This document shows positions 1 to 5,945 of a stretch of 18,942 nucleotides of DNA, piece by piece. The stretch covers positions 1-18,942 of the forward strand of contig JAGGYO010000291.1 of assembly GCA_021162505.1 (NCBI GenBank), given 5' to 3'. The stretch comes from a bacterium. GTDB taxonomy: Bacteria > AUK180. A model generated the notes under the pieces. That model was not told the origin of the DNA. It was given only the letters and a program-made list of their open reading frames with translations, and did no database searches. Within the stretch, counting starts at the first letter, position 1. Each line of letters begins with the position of its first letter. A program made the translations under genes and the position numbers.

Positions 1-336
1 ATATTTGATCTTATGAAAAATGATGAATTCACAACAGATATTAGCAGAAGAGATGAATTTTTAAAGGGTGCCGATGCATTAATACTTTCCTCTACTACTA
101 TCTTTAACAGCACATTTATGGAAATTATTTCCAAAACAGTGAATTGTAGTATCTTTCTATTAGGACCTTCCACGAACTTAGACAAAAAAATGTTAGAATA
201 CAGGAATATAAAAGCTCTATTCGGAGGTAGATTCGCTCCCAGTGATTCAAGAGTTATGGAAGTAATCGCAAAGAATGGCGGCACGAGGGATTTCCTTCCT
301 TTTATGGAAAAATTCGCTTTACTTAAAAATATTTAA
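1..336 (+). CDS. C-terminal part of a Rossmann-like DUF364-type (putative metal-chelation domain) protein; 5' end lies outside the window
   Basis: Open frame runs from base 1 with no upstream stop and ends at TAA 334-336. The GADALILSSTTIFNST...LLGPST pattern looks like the C-terminal Rossmann-like half of the DUF364/DUF4213 family. The Met at 13 may be internal. Confidence 0.55.
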   Translation: MFDLMKNDEFTTDISRRDEFLKGADALILSSTTIFNSTFMEIISKTVNCSIFLLGPSTNLDKKMLEYRNIKALFGGRFAPSDSRVMEVIAKNGGTRDFLPFMEKFALLKNI

Positions 337-399
337 AAAATACTTGATTTTAAAGTTTAAAATGGTATCATATAAGAAATTTATTCGGAGGTATTGCGT

Positions 400-1716
400 A
401 TGAAAAAAAGAAGCGTGATCATCATGGGAGCTGCCGGAAGGGACTTCCATAATTTCAACACATTTTTTAGGGCAAATGAGGATTTCAATGTTGTATGTTT
501 TACAGCAACTCAAATACCCGACATTGCAGGTAGAAAGTATCCCGTAGAACTTTCAGGCGAATTATATCCAAATGGGATTCCAATATATGATGAAAACGAT
601 CTGGTAAAACTTATCAAAGAACATAATATTGATGAAGTTTACTTTTCTTATTCGGATATTAAACACATAAATCTAATGCATAAGGCATCATTGGTCCAAG
701 CAGCAGGTGCTTCCTTTATGCTTCTTGGGAGAAATGATACTGAGATCAAATGTAATAAACCCTTGATTTCGGTATTGGCAGTTAGGACAGGTTGTGGTAA
801 ATCCCAAACAACAAGAAGGATAGTTGAAATACTGAGTAATGCAGGTAAAAAGGTTGTAGTCATTAGACATCCTATGCCTTATGGCGACTTGGCAAAACAA
901 ATTACACAACGATTTGAAAATTATTCTGATCTTGATAAACATGAATGTACTATTGAAGAAAGAGAAGAATACGAACCACATATAGACAAGGGAGTTATTG
1001 TTTATGCAGGTGTTGATTATGAGAAAATAATCAGACAAGCAGAGCAAGAAGCTGATATAGTTCTATGGGATGGCGGTAATAACGATTTTAGTTTTTATAA
1101 ATCCGATATTACCTTTACCGTAGCAGATCCACTAAGACCGGGTCATGAAATGCTTTATTATCCTGGCGAAACGAATTTCAGATTAGCCGACTATATTATT
1201 ATCAATAAAGAAGATTCTGCAAGACAGGAAGATATTGACCTTATAGTTGAACATGCAAAGGAAGTGAATCCGAAAGCAGGCATCATTCATGCTAATTCAC
1301 CTGTTAAAGTTGATGATCCCGAAGCAATTAAAGGTAAAAAAGTCCTTGTTGTTGAAGATGGTCCTACACTCACTCATGGAGAGATGAAATATGGTGCCGG
1401 GTATGTTGCAGCTGAGAAATACGGTGCCGGCGAAATTATTGATCCGAGACTATATGCTGTCGAATCAATTAAAGCAACTTATGAAAAATATAATCACCTT
1501 GAAAAAATATTACCTGCAATGGGATATGGCGAGAAACAGATGAAAGATCTTGAAAAGACCATTGATAATGCAGAATGTGATATTGTTTTAGGTGCTACAC
1601 CAATTGATCTTAAAAGAGTTGTAGATATAAAGAAGCCTTATATTCGAGTATATTATGACTTGGAAGAAAAAGGAACATCTTTAGAAGATATTTTGAAAGA
1701 TAAGTTTAATTTATAA
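400..1716 (+). CDS. P-loop protein, cyclic 2,3-diphosphoglycerate synthetase-like (cpgS/DUF1611-type)
   Basis: ATG at 400 is preceded by GGAGG (387-391), 8 nt upstream. The 439 aa product carries a Walker-A-like AVRTGCGKSQTT motif. Overall architecture resembles the archaeal/bacterial cpgS family. The ORF track's TTG at 394 is less likely than the SD-supported ATG. Confidence 0.6.
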   Translation: MKKRSVIIMGAAGRDFHNFNTFFRANEDFNVVCFTATQIPDIAGRKYPVELSGELYPNGIPIYDENDLVKLIKEHNIDEVYFSYSDIKHINLMHKASLVQAAGASFMLLGRNDTEIKCNKPLISVLAVRTGCGKSQTTRRIVEILSNAGKKVVVIRHPMPYGDLAKQITQRFENYSDLDKHECTIEEREEYEPHIDKGVIVYAGVDYEKIIRQAEQEADIVLWDGGNNDFSFYKSDITFTVADPLRPGHEMLYYPGETNFRLADYIIINKEDSARQEDIDLIVEHAKEVNPKAGIIHANSPVKVDDPEAIKGKKVLVVEDGPTLTHGEMKYGAGYVAAEKYGAGEIIDPRLYAVESIKATYEKYNHLEKILPAMGYGEKQMKDLEKTIDNAECDIVLGATPIDLKRVVDIKKPYIRVYYDLEEKGTSLEDILKDKFNL

Positions 1717-1727
1717 TGGAGGCAATA

Positions 1728-1901
1728 ATGATCAAACTCGACAAAGAAGCTTGTATTGGTTGTGCAGTTTGCGCAAGTATGTGTCCTGATGTATTTGAAA
1801 TTCAGGATGATGGCAAAGCCGGTCTTATCTCACAAGAAAATATTGATTGTGCAAAAGAAGCCGCTGAAGCCTGCCCAGTTAGTTGTATTACTGTAGACTA
1901 A
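1728..1901 (+). CDS. small 4Fe-4S ferredoxin
   Basis: 57 aa. Its CIGCAVCASMCP...CP pattern is typical of a mono-cluster Fd, as in Desulfovibrio/Pyrococcus ferredoxins. GGAGG at 1718-1722 sits 5 nt before ATG 1728, so this internal ATG is preferred over the 1716 ATG. A terminator follows immediately. Confidence 0.8.
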   Translation: MIKLDKEACIGCAVCASMCPDVFEIQDDGKAGLISQENIDCAKEAAEACPVSCITVD

Positions 1902-1913
1902 TTTTATTCGGTC

Positions 1914-1942
1914 AAAAGCCGGGCGTTTTGTCCGGCTTTTTT
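1914..1942 (+). terminator. rho-independent terminator for the ferredoxin operon
   Basis: Stem aaaaGCCGGG (1914-1923) pairs with TCCGGCttt (1931-1939) around a 7-nt loop. A T6 run follows (1937-1942). Confidence 0.7.
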
Positions 1943-1952
1943 ATTCCAACCT

Positions 1953-1981
1953 TGATTATTTTTAAAAAAATTATATAATAA
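1953..1981 (+). promoter_or_regulatory. putative sigma70 promoter for the tRNA pair
   Basis: TTGATT at 1953-1958 and TATAAT at 1974-1979 are separated by a 15-nt spacer. Alternatively TAATAA with a 17-nt spacer. Either lies about 14 nt upstream of the tRNA-Pro 5' end. Confidence 0.35.
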
Positions 1982-1993
1982 AGTTTCATAGAA

Positions 1994-2069
1994 CGGGGAG
2001 TGGCGCAGATGGCAGCGCGCATGGTTTGGGACCATGAGGCCGCGGGTTCGAGTCCCGCTTCCCCGACCA
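1994..2069 (+). tRNA. tRNA-Pro (anticodon TGG), CCA encoded
   Basis: A full cloverleaf was folded by hand. Acceptor CGGGGAG pairs with CTTCCCCG. D-stem is GCGC/GCGC. Anticodon stem is CATGG/CCATG with loop TTTGGGA, giving anticodon TGG. T-arm is GCGGG-TTCGAGT-CCCGC. Discriminator A precedes CCA at 2067-2069. Confidence 0.85.
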
Positions 2070-2082
2070 TTATTAAAAATAT

Positions 2083-2155
2083 GCATCCTTAGCTCAACGG
2101 ATAGAGCGTCGGACTTCGAATCCGCAGGTTGCAGGTTCGAATCCTGCAGGGTGCG
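2083..2155 (+). tRNA. tRNA-Arg (anticodon TCG), no encoded CCA
   Basis: Acceptor GCATCCT pairs with AGGGTGC. D-stem is GCTC/GAGC. The anticodon stem has 4 bp plus a T.C mismatch at the top. Loop CTTCGAA gives anticodon TCG. T-arm is GCAGG-TTCGAAT-CCTGC, followed by a T8 run. Confidence 0.7.
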
Positions 2156-2163
2156 TTTTTTTT

Positions 2164-2180
2164 AAGTCAAAGGTCGAAGT
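2164..2180. repeat. copy 1 of the dispersed 'TTAGTCAAAGGTCGAAAG'-like motif (other copies at 13398-13413 and 13525-13540)
   Basis: AGTCAAAGGTCGAAGTA sits directly after the tRNA-Arg T-run. Near-identical cores AGTCAAAGTTCGAAAG and AGTCAAAAGTCGAAAG occur in the gap that follows the 12740 gene. Confidence 0.5.
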
Positions 2181-2193
2181 AAAGAAAATATAA

Positions 2194-2217
2194 AAAAATG
2201 GAATAACCACTGAGCAC
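2194..2217. repeat. 24-bp dispersed repeat AAAATGGAATAACCAC[T/G]GAGCACT (second copy at 12392-12415)
   Basis: The two copies match at 23 of 24 positions. Both are preceded by an A-rich ATATAAAAAAAT stretch. The core GAGCAC recurs as inverted copies at 2461-2468 and 2500-2507, and as degenerate copies at 12547-12559 and 12576-12589. Confidence 0.6.
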
Positions 2218-2246
2218 TCTGAGCATAGACAGGTTAAAGAGAAATT

Positions 2247-2270
2247 AATTCTTCATTTGTCTTCCGTCAT
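2247..2270. repeat. 24-bp direct repeat ATTCTTCATTTGTCTTCCGTCATC (second copy at 2542-2565)
   Basis: Exact duplicate about 295 bp apart. The second copy is preceded by a 7-bp tandem (TTCATTC x3, 2530-2550). Both copies are followed by a CTTGAC-containing hairpin-like segment. Confidence 0.6.
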
Positions 2271-2310
2271 CCAGAGTCACAAAGTGGCGTAGGGATCTCA
2301 TTTTTTCCCT

Positions 2311-2430
2311 GTCATTCCGTGCTTGACACGGAATCTATCTTTTGGCGTTTAACCCCGTATTTACAGGTCATTCCTGCGAAGGCAGGAATCCATTCATCCT
2401 TGTCATTATGAGCTTTTACAAAGTAAAAGC
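2311..2430. repeat. tandem array of three GTCATT-initiated hairpin units (REP-like)
   Basis: GTCATT occurs at 2311, 2367 and 2402, each followed by a perfect 8-bp stem. The three hairpins are ATTCCGTG-cttga-CACGGAAT (2314-2334), ATTCCTGC-gaag-GCAGGAAT (2370-2389) and GCTTTTAC-aaa-GTAAAAGC (2412-2430). Confidence 0.55.
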
Positions 2431-2458
2431 GTAATAATCTCATTATTCTTTATTCTCA

Positions 2459-2510
2459 GTGTGCTCCGCCTGCCTGTGCGTGTCCGCACGCAAACAGGTG
2501 TGCTCCGTGG
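2459..2510. repeat. hairpin flanked by 10-bp direct repeats GTGTGCTCCG
   Basis: GTGTGCTCCG occurs at 2459-2468 and 2498-2507. Between them, CCTGTGCGTG-tccg-CACGCA(aa)CAGG forms a roughly 10-bp stem with a 2-nt bulge (2472-2498). The reverse complement of GTGCTCCG is CGGAGCAC, which links this element to the 2194/12392 repeat core. Confidence 0.5.
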
Positions 2511-2640
2511 TAATTCAATTCTCTTTAATTCTTCATTCTTCATTCTTCATTTGTCTTCCGTCATCTTCGGACTTGACCCGGGAATTTGGATACAATCGTA
2601 TTAAGTATAAAAAAAATAGAACAAATATACCTCAAAAAAT

Positions 2641-2669
2641 TTGACTTTTTAGGTCTTTTCAATTATAAA
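2641..2669 (+). promoter_or_regulatory. putative sigma70 promoter for the Type III R-M operon
   Basis: TTGACT (2641-2646), a 17-nt spacer, then TATAAA (2664-2669). An AAGGAG RBS at 2714-2719 precedes ATG 2728. Confidence 0.45.
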
Positions 2670-2727
2670 AAAATAATATTACGAGGCATGCGATTTGAAT
2701 GTATAAGATATTAAAGGAGTACGGATA

Positions 2728-4659
2728 ATGGACGGCAAATCATTGAGTATCAGTGAAGACAAATTAAATCAATTAAAGAATATTTTGCCAGAAGCATTTA
2801 CCGAAGATAAAATTGATTGGGAAAAATTGAAAGCAGCTCTCGGAGATAATATTGAATTTAAGAATGAAAGATATGTATTGAATTGGGCAGGCAAATCAGA
2901 TGCGTTCAGAGTCCTACAAGAACAGACGACGGCAACTCTTATTCCCAATAAAGAGGAATCAATTGATTTTGATGATACGGAAAATATCTTCATTGAAGGT
3001 GAAAATCTTGAAGTGTTGAAGGTTCTTCAAAAATCATATTACGGTAAGATAAAGATGATATATATTGATCCGCCGTATAATACGGGAAATGATTTCGTGT
3101 ATTCGGATAAATTTCAGGAAGACAGACGGGACTATGAAAAAAGAGCAGGCATTAAGGATGAGAATGGGTACCTAAAAAGAGAAGGATTGATAAAAAATAC
3201 AAAAGATAAAGGACATTATCACAGTAATTGGCTTTCAATGATTTATCCGAGATTATTTCTTGCAAGAAATTTACTTAGAGATGATGGCGTGATTTTTGTC
3301 TCAATTGGTCAAAACGAGATTGGTAATCTGCTTATATTATGTAATGAAATTTTTGGTGAAGAAAATAAAATTGGTATAATTACACGATTAATGAAAAAAG
3401 GTGGTAGTAAAGGGAAATACTTTTCTCCTAATACTGAATATATTTTGGTTTATTCTCGAAACATTGAGCAAGTAAAAGATTTTAGATTGTCACTTGAACG
3501 GGATTTTATAGATAAAATTTATACACAGATTGAAAAAGACGGAAATAATAAAGGCGAACGTTTTAGAGAAATGGGTTTATACCAAGCCGGTCTTGATATC
3601 CGTGCCAACCAACGATATTGGATTAAATGCCCAGATGGTACATATGTAATACCTCCAGGTCGTACTATTCCTCAAAAAGTATCAGAAGGCGAGCAAATAA
3701 AACCGGAAAAAGGAGATGGCGTTTGGCGTTGGACTTATGATCGTTACAAACAAGAATTTCTATTAAACAATATATCTTTTAAAGAAACAAAGACTTCTTC
3801 ATTACAGAACGGAAATAGCAAACAATCGAAGTGGAATATTTATACAAAAATATGGCTTAAAAATCGTATAAAGGAAGGTCGTGTTCCTGTTGATTATATT
3901 GATAAATTTGAAAATAGGATTAGCTCGAGAGAACTTAAAAAAATAAATATCCCTTTTGATTTTGCCAAACCATCAGAATTAATCAAGCATTTAATAAAAA
4001 TTAGTCAAATTAATGAAAATAACATCATTCTCGATTTTTTCGCAGGTTCCGGCACAACTGCCCACGCCGTTCTTGATTTGAACAAGGAAGACAGCGGGAA
4101 TCGTAAATTTATACTTGTTCAAATGCCGGAAAAAACTGACGAAATGAGTGAAGCTTACAAAGCAGGCTATAAAACCATTGCTGAGATTGGCAAAGAACGA
4201 ATTCGAAGAGTTATAAAGAAAATAAGAGAAGAAACTCCAAAGAAAGAACTAAAGAATTCGGATCTTGGCTTTAAGGTATTCAAGTTACGAGAATCCAATT
4301 TTAAGATATGGCGTTCAAATAATGTAAATGATGAAGAGACTCTCATCAAACTTATGGAAGATCATATTGATCCGGTAAAAGACGGTTCAAAAATAGAAAA
4401 TATACTTTACGAACTTTTATTGAAATCAGGCATTGAATTGACAACGAAAATTGAGAAAAAGAGCGGTTATTATTCGGCAAATAATAAGAAAATAATTTTT
4501 ATTTTGGAAAAAATTGATGAAAATATTATTCAGGATATTCTTTTGCAAAAACCGAAAAAGGTAATAACGCTTGACCGATTATTTAAAAATAATGACCAAT
4601 TAAAAACAAATACCGCATTGCAAATGAAAGATGCGGAAATAGATTTCGAGGTGGTGTAA
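2728..4659 (+). CDS. mod: Type III restriction-modification system, Mod subunit (N6-adenine DNA methyltransferase, beta class)
   Basis: 643 aa, the same size class as EcoP15I Mod. Motif IV DPPYNTGNDF lies near aa 115 and SAM-binding motif I FFAGSGTTAHAV near aa 430, the IV-TRD-I order typical of Type III Mod. AAGGAG RBS precedes the ATG and the stop is TAA. Confidence 0.9.
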   Translation: MDGKSLSISEDKLNQLKNILPEAFTEDKIDWEKLKAALGDNIEFKNERYVLNWAGKSDAFRVLQEQTTATLIPNKEESIDFDDTENIFIEGENLEVLKVLQKSYYGKIKMIYIDPPYNTGNDFVYSDKFQEDRRDYEKRAGIKDENGYLKREGLIKNTKDKGHYHSNWLSMIYPRLFLARNLLRDDGVIFVSIGQNEIGNLLILCNEIFGEENKIGIITRLMKKGGSKGKYFSPNTEYILVYSRNIEQVKDFRLSLERDFIDKIYTQIEKDGNNKGERFREMGLYQAGLDIRANQRYWIKCPDGTYVIPPGRTIPQKVSEGEQIKPEKGDGVWRWTYDRYKQEFLLNNISFKETKTSSLQNGNSKQSKWNIYTKIWLKNRIKEGRVPVDYIDKFENRISSRELKKINIPFDFAKPSELIKHLIKISQINENNIILDFFAGSGTTAHAVLDLNKEDSGNRKFILVQMPEKTDEMSEAYKAGYKTIAEIGKERIRRVIKKIREETPKKELKNSDLGFKVFKLRESNFKIWRSNNVNDEETLIKLMEDHIDPVKDGSKIENILYELLLKSGIELTTKIEKKSGYYSANNKKIIFILEKIDENIIQDILLQKPKKVITLDRLFKNNDQLKTNTALQMKDAEIDFEVV

Positions 4660-4663
4660 TTAT

Positions 4664-5749
4664 ATGGAACCATTTATACCGGATAAATTACCTTTAAAAA
4701 ATATTGATTGGGAGAAATTCATTTCTTTGATTAGCGAAGCTAATCGGGAACTTGTAAAATTTGATTCATTGTTAAATAGTATTCCAGACCCAAATATATT
4801 GCTTTCTCCATTAATTACAAATGAAGCTGTTCTTTCTTCGAGAATAGAAGGAACACAAGCAACTCTTGAAGATATTTATAAATTTGAAGCTAATTCGAAA
4901 AATAAAGTAGAAAAATATGATGATATAATTGAAATTATTAATTATAGAAAAGCTATTATTACTGCAAGTAAAGAGCTAAAAAAAACTCCGTTAAGTGGTC
5001 GAATTGTCCGTAAAATTCATAAAATATTACTTTCGGGCGCGCGTGGGAAAAATAAAACTCCGGGTGAATTCAGGACCGGTATTGTTTATATCGGTAGGCT
5101 TGGAGCTGATATTGGAAACGCTAATTTTATCCCCCCAGAACCGCAATATATTAATGATCATTTTAGTAATTTAGAAAAGTATATTCATTTTAAAGAGAAA
5201 GATACTATTACGCAGTTAGGGATTGTTCATGCTCAGTTTGAGATTATTCATCCGTTTTGGGATGGTAATGGCAGGACCGGACGAATTCTTTTACCTCTTT
5301 TTCTTTATTATAAAAAAATTATTAATTCTCCTAATTTTTATCTGAGTGAATATTTTGAAAAAAACAGAGAAGCGTATAATGCAAACTTAAATAGTATATC
5401 TGAAACAGGTAAATGGGAAAATTGGATAGAGTTTTTTCTAAAAGCCGTAATAACACAATCTTCAAAAAATAGAAAAAAAGTTGAGGAAATTTTAACTCTA
5501 CATAGAAAAGTACTTGATGAAGTTCAAAATATAATACATTCGCAATATACGCATAAAGTGGTAGAGTTTATATTTTCAAATCCTTGGTTTGATACAGCAA
5601 AGTTCAAAAAGCAAACGGGAATACCTAAATCAAATGCAGCAAGAATTTTACGATTATTAGAAAAAGATATTTTGAAATTGGTTGAAAAAGGTAAAGGCCA
5701 GCGACCTTCATTATATGATTTTCCAGAATTAATAGAAATTATTAAATGA
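4664..5749 (+). CDS. fic: Fic-family protein (class II, intramolecular inhibitory helix), embedded in the R-M operon
   Basis: Canonical Fic motif HPFWDGNGRTGR near aa 196-207 (HPFx[DE]GNGR). An N-terminal inhibitory-helix motif SSRIEG ([ST]xxxE[GN]) lies near aa 59-64. The ATG sits 4 nt after the mod stop. The basic C-terminal tail is possibly wHTH-like. Confidence 0.9.
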   Translation: MEPFIPDKLPLKNIDWEKFISLISEANRELVKFDSLLNSIPDPNILLSPLITNEAVLSSRIEGTQATLEDIYKFEANSKNKVEKYDDIIEIINYRKAIITASKELKKTPLSGRIVRKIHKILLSGARGKNKTPGEFRTGIVYIGRLGADIGNANFIPPEPQYINDHFSNLEKYIHFKEKDTITQLGIVHAQFEIIHPFWDGNGRTGRILLPLFLYYKKIINSPNFYLSEYFEKNREAYNANLNSISETGKWENWIEFFLKAVITQSSKNRKKVEEILTLHRKVLDEVQNIIHSQYTHKVVEFIFSNPWFDTAKFKKQTGIPKSNAARILRLLEKDILKLVEKGKGQRPSLYDFPELIEIIK

Positions 5750-5945
5750 ATATTTTTTTTGTGTTCAATATATTACCCGCAAAACTATTTGCGTCCCATA
5801 TTACTCGTTATATTGTACGCAGAATATTTAGCTTCCCACGGAATGAACAGAAAAAAACATATTACCTCAGGTTTATTCATTTCACGATTTGCTCAAAGCA
5901 TTTTATTGCTAGTAGGGTTTACAAGTTGTTATCGGGAGTTTACAA

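Noticed and set aside
688-1047. Antisense ORFs inside confidently assigned genes (for example 688-1047 -, 7988-8254 -, 12812-13207 -, 15231-15518 -, 17589-17957 -)
   Set aside because: Each lies fully inside a well-supported sense-strand gene, has low-complexity Ser/Phe/Ile-rich translations and no RBS. These are typical shadow ORFs of AT-rich DNA.
2459-2644. 61-aa ORF (MCSACLCVSARKQ...) in the tRNA/R-M gap
   Set aside because: It is composed entirely of the GTGTGCTCCG repeat, the hairpin and the TTCATTC tandem. It has no SD and a Cys/Ser-rich low-complexity translation, so it is an artefact of the repeats.
2156-2727. Possible CRISPR array, suggested by the many short repeats and hairpins
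   Set aside because: The repeats are heterogeneous in sequence, unequal in spacing (56 and 35 bp between the GTCATT units, about 295 bp between the 24-bp copies) and mixed in orientation. No cas genes are present. This is not a repeat-spacer array.
2728-4659. Phase-variable simple-sequence repeat in the Type III mod gene
   Set aside because: I looked for tetra- or pentanucleotide tandems or a long homopolymer in mod and its leader. I found only A-runs of 7 or fewer, typical of the base composition.
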